The notes: a model not told the origin generated them from the letters alone. Counted from the stretch's first letter, positions 9,711-18,510 are shown. The stretch: 33,356 nt of DNA from an uncultured Planctomycetia bacterium (GCA_964511955.1 CAZEGO010000002.1:1-33356); one strand, 5' to 3'. A program made the numbers and translations.

Positions 9711-9854
9711 ATAACCGCCTTCCTTGAAATAATTTATCCGTTGTGTCTATATTATTAATATATATAAATCATTGATTATATACAATGTCGAATGTCCACT
9801 CTTTTTTGACTTATCTCCACCTACCCCCGGATCTTATGTTAAAATATAAACATC

Positions 9855-10304
9855 ATGAAAACTAAATCCGCCGTCACGGCGCTTTTGCTTTCGGTCATGC
9901 CCGGGCTCGGGCAATTATACATCGGAAAAAGAAAAAAAGCACTCGGCCTGCTGATAATAGACACGGGAATACTTATTACGTTTACCCTTTCATCGTCCTA
10001 TATAATGCGTCTTCTGATGATAATTATTTATATAGTGACTTTTTTTCCCGCGTGTATAGAATCGTACCACCTCGCTAAATACGGAAAAAACACTTTGGAT
10101 ACCGGCGCGAAATGGTATGTTACCATACTTCTTCTGACTACGGGTTTTTCAGCCCTACCGCTTCTATGGCAAAGCGAGAAATTCTCGAAAGGCGCCAAGA
10201 TAAACTGGACGATAACCGTTCCGGTGCTGGCCGTCATATTTTTTACCGTACTTATAAAATATTGGGACTTAGTTAACGCGTATATCGAACAGGCACTTTT
10301 TTAG
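9855..10304 (+). CDS. Integral membrane protein, unknown function
   Basis: 149 aa with 4-5 hydrophobic helices. One of only three plus-strand genes. Confidence 0.5.
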   Translation: MKTKSAVTALLLSVMPGLGQLYIGKRKKALGLLIIDTGILITFTLSSSYIMRLLMIIIYIVTFFPACIESYHLAKYGKNTLDTGAKWYVTILLLTTGFSALPLLWQSEKFSKGAKINWTITVPVLAVIFFTVLIKYWDLVNAYIEQALF

Positions 10305-10313
10305 GAGACTATT

Positions 10314-10766
10314 ATGAAAAAAAACGGTACGGAAAAAACAAAAGAACGCATAATACAGTTTGACTCGTGTTCGGCACTGATAAACGCGCTGGCACTATAC
10401 CTTCACAGAAAGGATTTCCCGGGAGCGGGAATCGCTCCCGACGCACCGGCCTGGCTCGGCAAGGGAATAAACCTTCTCCCTTTAAGCATCAGACAGACGC
10501 TTTTCAGCTGGAGCGGGTGGCTCGAAGCCCTTCCGGCGGCCTCACTGAAAGACATACAAGAGGAAGATATATCCCGCTGGGTTATTTCGCTCTATCCCGA
10601 AAGGAAATACAGCGGAATTATGTTCGGCTCGGCCAACGGCGGTGCCATACACATTGCCGCGGCCCTCGGGATACCGTGGCTCCCGCAGACCTACCTGACC
10701 GCGGTAAGGCGATTCCTCCCGCCGGATGAGATAAAAAAAGACATAGAATGGGGCAAAAAACAATAG
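10314..10766 (+). CDS. Hypothetical protein, probable N-terminal part of a split gene
   Basis: The ORF ends at TAG 10764..10766, directly after an A6 run (10755..10760). The downstream ORF is in the -1 frame and overlaps by 19 nt. Confidence 0.5.
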   Translation: MKKNGTEKTKERIIQFDSCSALINALALYLHRKDFPGAGIAPDAPAWLGKGINLLPLSIRQTLFSWSGWLEALPAASLKDIQEEDISRWVISLYPERKYSGIMFGSANGGAIHIAAALGIPWLPQTYLTAVRRFLPPDEIKKDIEWGKKQ

Positions 10767-11722
10767 CTCCTTTTCTTAAAAACAACTCTTCCATGCTCGC
10801 TCATCAGATGCACGACCCGGTACAGGACCGGCTTATGATACAGAAAATGGGATATTTCAGGATTAAGAAAACCGGGCTGGACAGGGTATTCGAGAGCTTC
10901 ATTATAAAAAACCTGAAAAAAAACTACCCTTTTATCACCGTAGAATGTGATTTTACATGGCCCTCTTTAAAACTGAGCGGCAGGCATTTATTTCAACTGG
11001 GAGGTTTCGGCGCGATAGATCCTTATGAATATTTAAAAGGAGGAAAAAGAGTCGAACGATTTTTAAAAAGAGTCTGTTCACCCATAAAAAAATGGGAAAC
11101 GTTCGAGCCGTCGGGAGAGTTTCCCGAGGCGGAATGGGGCTTCTGCGATGAATGCCTCACGGACATAAAATCATTCCTGAAAAAAAATAAAATACCCCTT
11201 ATACGCATAAAGTTCGGCCATCCCGAAGGTATAAGCAATCTGACCGCCGAACTTTACAAATTCTGGTATAAAAAACGGGGGAGAAGGTCACAGATACTGC
11301 TGGTGGAAAATTTCGGATTGATAGTTCCGTATGACACCGTGGAAACGATCTCTACACCCTTCTGGCTCGCTTTTAATACCGAAGACTCTTATAAAAGGCT
11401 TAAAGCCTTCCTGCAGTCGCGCGGTAAATTCGGGGAAATATATATTATGCTTATGTCCAACGGAGTCGCCGAAGGCATAGGCCTCACCAAAATCGAGGAA
11501 TGGAAAAAGATATTAAGAAAAGTCGGAAAAAAAGGCGACTTCATAGGAGTCAACGAACGCGAGTACCCCAGTGATTTCGGGACTTACCTGGAATATAACG
11601 AGGAAATAAAAGAAAAAATGCCCAAAAGGTTCCCTTTCCCGGAACCCCTGACGCTCAAGGAATTTTATGACTTTATCCAAAAAAATGAATCCGGGGAAGA
11701 CTATACTATCGTCAGGGAGTGA
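10748..11722 (+). CDS. Hypothetical protein, probable C-terminal part of the same split gene
   Basis: 324-aa ORF with no recognisable motif. One extra A in the A6 run would fuse it in frame to 10314..10766 (...WGKK-TIAPFL...). Confidence 0.55.
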   Translation: MGQKTIAPFLKNNSSMLAHQMHDPVQDRLMIQKMGYFRIKKTGLDRVFESFIIKNLKKNYPFITVECDFTWPSLKLSGRHLFQLGGFGAIDPYEYLKGGKRVERFLKRVCSPIKKWETFEPSGEFPEAEWGFCDECLTDIKSFLKKNKIPLIRIKFGHPEGISNLTAELYKFWYKKRGRRSQILLVENFGLIVPYDTVETISTPFWLAFNTEDSYKRLKAFLQSRGKFGEIYIMLMSNGVAEGIGLTKIEEWKKILRKVGKKGDFIGVNEREYPSDFGTYLEYNEEIKEKMPKRFPFPEPLTLKEFYDFIQKNESGEDYTIVRE

Positions 11723-11736
11723 ATAAATTTTTTGCC

Positions 11737-11783
11737 AACTCAAGGCGGACACATGCCCGGGTGCCCGTCTTGAGTTTTATTTA
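11737..11783 (+). terminator. Rho-independent terminator of the plus-strand gene pair
   Basis: aactcaaggcgg (11737..11748) pairs with cccgtcttgagtt (11764..11776) with one mismatch, followed by ttttattta. It lies at the convergence point with the minus-strand gene ending at 11786. Confidence 0.55.
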
Positions 11784-11785
11784 TC

Positions 11786-12175
11786 TCAGACCACCGGAGG
11801 ACCTTCGAATATATAACCTGCCACTATAGCAAACAACAAAATTATCATGAGAACCCAGAAAAAAGCTCCCAGGGCAGCCTCGGCTTCACGTTCAGCCCTG
11901 GCTTCCTGTCTGTTTCTTGGTCTCGGCTCGGGAACGACCGCTGCCAATAACAGGGCAAAGAGCAAAGCCATGAAAACAAACGGCAGCCAATAGACCCCCA
12001 TTAACGTAGGCCCAAGAGGCATTATCCATAACCCCCCGGCCCACGCAGCCAGGAAAAGAATCATAAAAAAAGCCCAGAAGCCGGACCACGGTCCGGGCCT
12101 GCGAAACCCTACCGCAAAAATCAACCATACGATAAACGCGATGGCCAGCGCGAATAATATATCCCATATAAACAT
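11786..12175 (-). CDS. Integral membrane protein, unknown function
   Basis: 129 aa with four hydrophobic helices and a central RPRNRQEARAEREAE charged loop. Confidence 0.5.
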   Translation of the reverse strand: MFIWDILFALAIAFIVWLIFAVGFRRPGPWSGFWAFFMILFLAAWAGGLWIMPLGPTLMGVYWLPFVFMALLFALLLAAVVPEPRPRNRQEARAEREAEAALGAFFWVLMIILLFAIVAGYIFEGPPVV

Positions 12176-12317
12176 AATAACCCTCCTTGGTTTGAAAAAA
12201 ACTTCCGCTTATTTTTATCTTAAAAAGAAAAATCCGGGACGGGAATTGTCTCGTTCCTGCTTTTGCTGACTTTTTTCTATAGGGAAGCTCTTATGAAATG
12301 AAAAAACAAAAAAACGA

Positions 12318-12356
12318 CAAAAAAATGCACACTTCAGTAATACCTGAAGTGTGCAT
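12318..12356 (-). terminator. Rho-independent terminator downstream of the ferritin-like gene
   Basis: Perfect 13-bp stem atgcacacttcag / ctgaagtgtgcat (12325..12337 and 12344..12356) with a 6-nt loop. On the minus strand it is followed by a T7 run and more T-rich sequence. Confidence 0.75.
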
Positions 12357-12394
12357 TTGGGGGCTTTTTTTCGCGAAATGTATTTCAAACGGGT

Positions 12395-12703
12395 TTATTT
12401 CTCCCCGTGTTTTTTTATCTCTTCTTCTACCTCGCCGTATCCCTCTTTATAGAACTTCTCCTCATCCGGAGCAAGTTCTTTCAAAAGCCTGAGGAATTCG
12501 CCGGCGTGGACTCTTTCTTCATCGGCTATGTCCTTAAGCACTTCGCGTGCCAATTCGTTATCCGTGGACTCAGCAAGCTGCATATAAAGCTGAATTGCCT
12601 CGTATTCCGCGGCTATCGAGAACCTTATAGCCCTTATAAGTTCTTCTTTAGTCACTTTACGATCGTTTTTTAATCCCGCGAACGGGGAGCCAAATTCAGG
12701 CAT
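12395..12703 (-). CDS. Ferritin-like mini-protein of the encapsulated-ferritin (EncFtn) type
   Basis: IRFSIAAEYEAIQLYMQLAE...DIADEERVHAGEF carries the E...ExxH di-iron ligand pattern of EncFtn or rubrerythrin-like mini-ferritins. A strong SD (aggaaaggagag) lies upstream. Confidence 0.65.
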   Translation of the reverse strand: MPEFGSPFAGLKNDRKVTKEELIRAIRFSIAAEYEAIQLYMQLAESTDNELAREVLKDIADEERVHAGEFLRLLKELAPDEEKFYKEGYGEVEEEIKKHGEK

Positions 12704-12791
12704 GTTTCACTCTCCTTTCCTGAAATTAACATTCGATGCTTTCTTATAATTATCCATGTTAGTGCCACAACGAGATAACTTGATATGTTGC

Positions 12792-13154
12792 CTACTCAAG
12801 ATAAAGACTGATTAATACGGGCCTGCCCTGCTCGTTTACAAAATATCTGGCTGTGCCCACTTCCCCCTCCACTATCCGGGAAAGAGATATTTCCTCCGAA
12901 CGTCTCTTTAATACCGATTCTTCCTTAACTATCAGGGTCTTTTCTATATCCCGCCTTAAAAAAAATATACTGTGTATTCTTACGGATATGGTAATGGTGT
13001 TTCCGAGTACGTCCACCGATTCTATCTGACAGGGGGCTGTGCGAATAGGCTCTTTAATTTTAAGCTCGGCGGTAGCGTTCAAAGCGTACAAAATTACGAA
13101 AGAAAAAATAATAAATAATATAACTAGGGGTATTTTTTGTTTGGAATCCAGCAT
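12792..13154 (-). CDS. Exported or membrane-anchored hypothetical protein
   Basis: N-terminal hydrophobic anchor IPLVILFIIFSFVILYAL. I prefer the ATG at 13154 (GGAAGG 10 nt upstream) over the TTG at 13160 used in the track. Confidence 0.45.
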   Translation of the reverse strand: MLDSKQKIPLVILFIIFSFVILYALNATAELKIKEPIRTAPCQIESVDVLGNTITISVRIHSIFFLRRDIEKTLIVKEESVLKRRSEEISLSRIVEGEVGTARYFVNEQGRPVLISLYLE

Positions 13155-13236
13155 CCGCAATGCCTTCCGGTGTATTTAGCCGCTAACTCTCACGGATTAT
13201 ATAATAATCCTTTACTACGTTTTACGCAACAGGTAA

Positions 13237-13605
13237 TTATCGCGCGCGGATAATCAGGATACCCGGAGAAACAAAAGCAATCAGGGGAAGCACGTACACG
13301 AGATATAAAACCGAGAGAAATATAAGCCAGGGCGAAAAACTCCGGGTACCTTCGGTGGCCGGGAAGCCGAAAAGAATAAAAACACATGAGAATACGGCAG
13401 AATAAAGTACGCTAAACAAAAACTTTACGCTCTTTTTCTCTATTTTTCTGTCGCAAAAGATCGATACTAGGACTGTAATAAAAAGGGTTACCGAAACCGG
13501 AGCGGCTCCGTCCGGCCAAAAAGACTCCGTGCCCCCATTAGTATACAACATAAGAGTCGCGATAATCCCGGAGAAAATCAAAAGAAGTGCGTAAATTCTT
13601 TTCAA
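13237..13605 (-). CDS. Integral membrane protein, unknown function
   Basis: 122 aa, four predicted TM helices, TTG start. It lies directly downstream of the radical SAM gene. Confidence 0.4.
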   Translation of the reverse strand: MKRIYALLLIFSGIIATLMLYTNGGTESFWPDGAAPVSVTLFITVLVSIFCDRKIEKKSVKFLFSVLYSAVFSCVFILFGFPATEGTRSFSPWLIFLSVLYLVYVLPLIAFVSPGILIIRAR

Positions 13606-13747
13606 ATTTAATCCCGCGCGATATCCGCATATATCCTGCGTATTTTAATTACGGCGTTTTCTATGCGTTGCTTGGGAAAAGGTTAAGGGTTAAAAAAAAT
13701 AAGATTCGGATACAATCGAACTTTTTAAATTTTTTTGTTTTTATCCA

Positions 13748-14785
13748 TCATAAGACTTTTTCGGTCTTGAAAAAACACCCCGCGCAGACATCGGGCGGAT
13801 CAGCACTGTTTACCGTCTTTCGCATAGCGATAAATCTTTCGTTGTTCCAAACGCTCGCTATGTCCGTATGCGCGTTGATTTCACCTAGTCTCAATCTCTC
13901 ATCACAACAACAGGAAACGTTCCCATCGCCGGTTATTGAAACACAGTCCCATGGAAAATAGCATTTATTCAAACTTTTTTCTCTTTTCTTTTTATCGCAC
14001 AAATCCCCTCTAGTATATTTCTTTTTAAATTCTATCCCGATGGCTATATTGCTGCTTCGTGATTTCATCTCTGTTTTTTTTATAAATTCAAGTACCTTTC
14101 GAAAATCTTTATATAGACATTCATCGTTCTTTGTTCCGGTATAATCCACAAATTCCCGGAAATAAATCTTGTCTATCCCTAAATCCCGGAGATCGAACAA
14201 CCGCGAAAGGTTCTCAATGCTACTCAACATCGTACATACTACTAATTGTATTTTCATTTTATTACTTCCGGTATTTTTTTTCGCTTTTTTCAAAAGAACT
14301 ATATTATCTAAAAGGTTCTTCCATCTTACGCCTCTTATCCGCGTATAATCGTCTCCGTAGCCTTCCACACTTATGCTTACGTTATCAATATTTTCGGACA
14401 TAAGAACAGCTCTTTTTTTATCGAGAACGGAAAGGTTGGTGATAAGATTTATCTGCCTTAATTTGGTTCTACCGGCTCTGGACAAAAAATAATCAAAATC
14501 ATCCGAAACCAATGGCTCGCCAAGACTGTTACCTCCTATACGTAAATACTTACAATGCGGCAATACTTTTTCTATTACATAATCTACTAATTCTCTGGGC
14601 ATGTCTTTTTCTTCCTGCTCGAAGGAGCCTCTCGGACAATGAAGACAGTGAAGGTTGCACCTGTTGGTAAGGGAAACCATGAGCTTCTCGGGAGGGATAT
14701 TTAATCTTTCTCTCTTGGAGTAAAAAAGCTTTATAAGGGGTCCATGGACCCAAAAATTATTAAATATATTACTGATATATCTCAC
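13748..14785 (-). CDS. Radical SAM enzyme with C-terminal SPASM/twitch-like Cys-rich domain
   Basis: CxxxCxxC cluster motif in SLTNRCNLHCLHCPRG. Cys-rich C-terminus CYFPWDCVSITGDGNVSCCCDE...VCAGCFFK. GTG start. Confidence 0.85.
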   Translation of the reverse strand: MRYISNIFNNFWVHGPLIKLFYSKRERLNIPPEKLMVSLTNRCNLHCLHCPRGSFEQEEKDMPRELVDYVIEKVLPHCKYLRIGGNSLGEPLVSDDFDYFLSRAGRTKLRQINLITNLSVLDKKRAVLMSENIDNVSISVEGYGDDYTRIRGVRWKNLLDNIVLLKKAKKNTGSNKMKIQLVVCTMLSSIENLSRLFDLRDLGIDKIYFREFVDYTGTKNDECLYKDFRKVLEFIKKTEMKSRSSNIAIGIEFKKKYTRGDLCDKKKREKSLNKCYFPWDCVSITGDGNVSCCCDERLRLGEINAHTDIASVWNNERFIAMRKTVNSADPPDVCAGCFFKTEKVL

Positions 14786-14810
14786 CGGAGACCGGCCTTT
14801 TTAATTAAAA

Positions 14811-15824
14811 TCAATGCGTATTAATAAAATCTGTCAAAGTATCGACGGCTTTATCTATATCGATTCCTATTCTTATCTCATAGGTATCACATCTGCAAAG
14901 AACACCCAGGAAAAGCGCGCTTCTCGAGAAGACAAGTTTTATTTTTTCCATAAAATCTCTTAAGCCGCTTTTTAAAAATAACTCGACTATCTGAGGAAGC
15001 CCTAAACCAAAAACCCCGGACTCTATAAAAGGTATAAGACATTTTATCTTGGATATCCTGCTTATCTGGGTTTTTTCCTGAAAAACCCTTTTTCCTATCA
15101 GAATATTTTTTATATCCGCCTGCCCGGACAGACTATCAGAAAAATATGCGGTATCTATAAGAAATTTATCCCCATACCGTGGACGTTTTATATGCGTAAT
15201 CCGCTCTGCCGGTACATCGCACAGGGCTTCTCTGTCTCTTATACCTATACGCAAGACAAACGGATGTACGCGCCCGTCAAATCCCAGCATGCATACATCA
15301 TCCGATAATAGTTTTATACCATTATCCTGTTTTATAGCTTTGAACGCCAAGGTTGTCTTGCCCATAGCCATAGGCAAAAGACATATAGTAGCTCTTCCGG
15401 CTTTTGAGAGGCCGAGGCCGTGAATTCTGTGTATATGTCGTTTATCCAGACATTCGCCTATTCTCGACAGGCACGCTAGGCGCGCTTTCTCGTAAAGAAG
15501 ATTCTCGTCTTCCCCGTAAACAGCACCCTCTTCTTTGTTAAAATCATATATCATAAGGCCTTTCCCCATATAATCCACATAGTGTATACCGTCTTTCCTG
15601 TAACAAATAGAGTCCAGGTTGTATAAGGCCGCCTCGACCGGCGGAATCTTAAAATAAGGCACATCACCCTTATTTACACTCAAACTAACGCAACCGGTTA
15701 AATCCGGAGCCTCTTTATCAACAACATAGAGTGAGAAGTCCTTGCGCAGGTTATCCAGCACAAACTTACAATTGCCTTCTATTTTGATATTAACGTTATA
15801 AATATTTAAAAACACAGGCTTCAT
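14811..15824 (-). CDS. HPr-kinase-like (HprK-related) P-loop protein
   Basis: IHGLGLSKAGRATICLLPMAMGKTTLAFKAIKQDNGIKLLSDD aligns with the HprK C-terminal core (HG...G.GKS/T...L.ADD). No PTS genes are nearby. Confidence 0.62.
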   Translation of the reverse strand: MKPVFLNIYNVNIKIEGNCKFVLDNLRKDFSLYVVDKEAPDLTGCVSLSVNKGDVPYFKIPPVEAALYNLDSICYRKDGIHYVDYMGKGLMIYDFNKEEGAVYGEDENLLYEKARLACLSRIGECLDKRHIHRIHGLGLSKAGRATICLLPMAMGKTTLAFKAIKQDNGIKLLSDDVCMLGFDGRVHPFVLRIGIRDREALCDVPAERITHIKRPRYGDKFLIDTAYFSDSLSGQADIKNILIGKRVFQEKTQISRISKIKCLIPFIESGVFGLGLPQIVELFLKSGLRDFMEKIKLVFSRSALFLGVLCRCDTYEIRIGIDIDKAVDTLTDFINTH

Positions 15825-15827
15825 AGA

Positions 15828-17009
15828 TTATTGTTTATATACATCTTCGAGGCCGGCCAATGTCTTCTCCCACTTATACCGGCTCATAGTCTTTAAATAA
15901 CCCATCTCGGACAGACGTAAGGCCATATCGTCGTCTTTTAATAATTTTACCACACTTTCCGAGAATAGTTGCGGATTATCGGCTATGAGAATCTCCTCGC
16001 CGGATTTTAAATCCAGTCCCTCCGCGCCTTTTGATGTGCTGACCACCGGAATGCCTGCCGAAAGAGACTCGAGGATTTTAAGCCTCGTACCGCTCCCGTT
16101 TAATAGCGGCACCACCTTACATCTCGCCTGGTAATAATAAGGCCTCACGTCCATGACGTCAAATTTGTAATCCAGATTGGCCGTATTTTGAAAATATTTT
16201 ATCAGCCCGGAAGTAGGCGCCCTGCCCACGATACGGAATAACACATCCGGCACTTCCTTTTTTATAAGAGGCAGACATCTCTTACAAAAAAATAATACCG
16301 CTTCCTCATTCGCGAAATAATCCAGACTACCAGTAAATAATATAACAGGCGGGCGGGTTTGCCATTTTTTTTTGATTATATAACTGTCATTCACTCCGGA
16401 CGGGATTACTTTTATGGGCTTGCCTCCGAGAAAAGGCCTGAGAAACTCGGCATCCTTATCGGAAGTAGCCAGATTCACGTCAAAATGACCGAAATATTTT
16501 TTCTGGAACTTTTCCCATTTTATATATTCCCCTTTGTAATCGATTTTCTTGAAGAAGTTTTTCGTGTGGCTATATGCCCTTCGGAATAACTCTGTCTTCA
16601 CGTTGTGATGGTCAAGGACTTTCAAAGTGTTATGATTTTTCAAAAAAAGTTTCACGTAAGGCGCTATATAACCGTGTGAAATATGCACTACGTCAAATTT
16701 CTCCTTGCGCTCGATATCTTCTAATAAAGCGTACATCTTTTCCGAGTTATAATTCAGCGCCCAATGCGGCAGATAAGGGTCTTTGAATAACGTAGCGTAA
16801 TTCAGGGGGTGCAGTTCCACGGAGTATGTCTTAACTACCGGCAGGCTCTCCAGCCGCACTTCTTTCTTGCCTATCAGGTCTATGACGCCGACCAGGGTGA
16901 TCTCGAAACGCTCCGATAGTTTCTTCAGGATATGATAATCCCTTATCTTACTGCCGTGGTCGAGTGGACTTTCCGGAAGGTGAGGGGTTATGTATAACAG
17001 TTTTCTCAT
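15828..17009 (-). CDS. GT-B glycosyltransferase, family 4 type (Glycos_transf_1)
   Basis: The C-terminal half has the GT4 signature (NGSGTRLKILESLSAGIPVVSTSKGAEGLDLKSGEEILIAD). The 393-aa length is typical. Confidence 0.85.
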   Translation of the reverse strand: MRKLLYITPHLPESPLDHGSKIRDYHILKKLSERFEITLVGVIDLIGKKEVRLESLPVVKTYSVELHPLNYATLFKDPYLPHWALNYNSEKMYALLEDIERKEKFDVVHISHGYIAPYVKLFLKNHNTLKVLDHHNVKTELFRRAYSHTKNFFKKIDYKGEYIKWEKFQKKYFGHFDVNLATSDKDAEFLRPFLGGKPIKVIPSGVNDSYIIKKKWQTRPPVILFTGSLDYFANEEAVLFFCKRCLPLIKKEVPDVLFRIVGRAPTSGLIKYFQNTANLDYKFDVMDVRPYYYQARCKVVPLLNGSGTRLKILESLSAGIPVVSTSKGAEGLDLKSGEEILIADNPQLFSESVVKLLKDDDMALRLSEMGYLKTMSRYKWEKTLAGLEDVYKQ

Positions 17010-17146
17010 TTCTGTTTTTTTAAGCCTTTTTTAAGCCGGTGAGATATATATAGAAAAGCGTTTATAAAAAATACTATAGTTATAAAAACCAAAGTATTCA
17101 GCGTATAATCTATCCTTTTTTTAAGCATTGTCCTGCTGAAAGCCAT
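17006..17146 (-). CDS. Unannotated 46-aa single-TM ORF
   Basis: Hand translation gives MAFSRTMLKKRIDYTLNTLVFITIVFFINAFLYISHRLKKGLKKQK. Its ATG is 2 nt after the TAG of the upstream gene, and its TGA overlaps the ATG of the GT4 gene (ATGA at 17006..17009). It fills the only apparent gap in the operon. Confidence 0.4.
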   Translation of the reverse strand: MAFSRTMLKKRIDYTLNTLVFITIVFFINAFLYISHRLKKGLKKQK

Positions 17147-17148
17147 AT

Positions 17149-18510
17149 CTATGCCCTTTTTTTAATGAGTCTCGATGATTTTTCGTTTATTTTGTTTATA
17201 AGTTCATATAGTACAGGATATGTCTCGTGTATTTTGTTAGCGTACCAGTTCTCACACCCCAACGCGTCGCCGTAATTCGCTATAATTTTTGAAATCAAAT
17301 CACAAGAATCACACCTTGTCTCCCGTGCTATTCCGATAAAATTATCCGCGGACTCAAGAAAAAGATAATAATATATAAGCAGCCTTATTTCGGGCATGGT
17401 AAAAAAATCGAACGAACGGGATTTCTCACCCCTGTAGAACATAAGAAAAGGCAAAAAAAACTCTTTCAGCCTATATGCAAACTCTTTTATCTTAAAAATG
17501 TTCCACATCCGCGGCGGGTGTATTATCTTAAGTTCATTCGAACTATCGTACACCGGGCCGTACTGAAGAAAATATGACTCGAGTGCTATAGGGCCGTTCA
17601 TATAATACATCTGATTGGTAATGAGTGAGGAAGTGGAAAAACGGACTATCAATTCTTTCTTCTCTATCTCTCTGCGTAACTTTCTGCACCGCCTTATGAT
17701 GCGTTCCATAATCTCTAAAGGCGTGTCTTTGTCTATCAGGAGAAACAAATTCGTGCGGTAAAACTTATAGGGCTCTTTATATGCCACCGCTTCTATATCT
17801 TTGCCTGTGATATTATTTATAATACTATATACCGATAGATCTTTCGGCTTCTCATTGATCCTGGACGATAAGTAAGTAATGTCTTCTTTATCTAATGACT
17901 GATACGCCTCCGTAAGGTTTAACAGGATATCCTTAAGTATATAAACAGGATTTTTTTTCTCGTTACTGTTTTCAATAAGCCTATCCGAAAATCTGATTGT
18001 ATTTATATGATTTTTTATACGTGAAGCGGATTTTTCCATTCTGGCACGCTGTCCCAACCCTATATGTTCATTCTGGAAAATTATTTCCTGCAAAAAGCCG
18101 TACAGGTTAAACCTGACGGAGTCCGGAAAAGGATATCTTGTCCTGCCTGAGGGATAGATCTTCTCATCTCCCTCGCGTATAAACCGAATCTCATTCGACG
18201 GACACAGGATAAAGAAAAACAACCTGCACGCTCTGTAGAATTTTATAAAGCGTCTGAAAAAGTCCATCTCTTCATCAGCCTTCATGGACTTTGTGACTAT
18301 TATAAGGTCTATATCACTCATCCCTAAAATCCAGTCCCGGTGTTTTACGGATATAGACTTTATTTCCCTATAGCCTAAAACCCCGACACCATATCTAAGG
18401 AACCTGACCGCCAGGCTGTAATAGAATCTCAGGAACGGTCTGAATATCCTCAACCTGTTAAGATCGAACAATAAGGTATTGATAAAATTCTTAAATCTTT
18501 CCATTGTCAT
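17149..18510 (-). CDS. Hypothetical 453-aa protein with a possible minimal nucleotidyltransferase-like motif
   Basis: GMSDIDLIIV resembles the DxD strand of Pol-beta-fold NTases. The rest is unrecognisable. It overlaps the upstream gene by 20 nt. Confidence 0.4.
   Translation of the reverse strand: MTMERFKNFINTLLFDLNRLRIFRPFLRFYYSLAVRFLRYGVGVLGYREIKSISVKHRDWILGMSDIDLIIVTKSMKADEEMDFFRRFIKFYRACRLFFFILCPSNEIRFIREGDEKIYPSGRTRYPFPDSVRFNLYGFLQEIIFQNEHIGLGQRARMEKSASRIKNHINTIRFSDRLIENSNEKKNPVYILKDILLNLTEAYQSLDKEDITYLSSRINEKPKDLSVYSIINNITGKDIEAVAYKEPYKFYRTNLFLLIDKDTPLEIMERIIRRCRKLRREIEKKELIVRFSTSSLITNQMYYMNGPIALESYFLQYGPVYDSSNELKIIHPPRMWNIFKIKEFAYRLKEFFLPFLMFYRGEKSRSFDFFTMPEIRLLIYYYLFLESADNFIGIARETRCDSCDLISKIIANYGDALGCENWYANKIHETYPVLYELINKINEKSSRLIKKRA

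Noticed and set aside
10755-10760. Programmed -1 ribosomal frameshifting at the A6 tract joining the two plus-strand ORFs.
   Set aside because: The heptamer is C AAA AAA in the zero frame, not a canonical X XXY YYZ site. I see no obvious downstream stem-loop or pseudoknot and no upstream SD-like stimulator. An indel is the simpler explanation.
12792-13160. An encapsulin shell gene next to the EncFtn-like gene.
   Set aside because: The neighbouring ORF is only 122 aa with an N-terminal membrane anchor, which is far too small for an HK97-fold shell protein.
13538-13630. A 30-aa minus-strand ORF (MRISRGIKFEKNLRTSFDFLRDYRDSYVVY) downstream of the radical SAM/SPASM gene, considered as a candidate precursor peptide.
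   Set aside because: It overlaps the start of the 122-aa membrane-protein ORF in another frame. Its AGGA is only 3 nt from the ATG, and it has no Cys, Ser or Thr-rich core typical of radical-SAM-modified peptides. This is too speculative to call.
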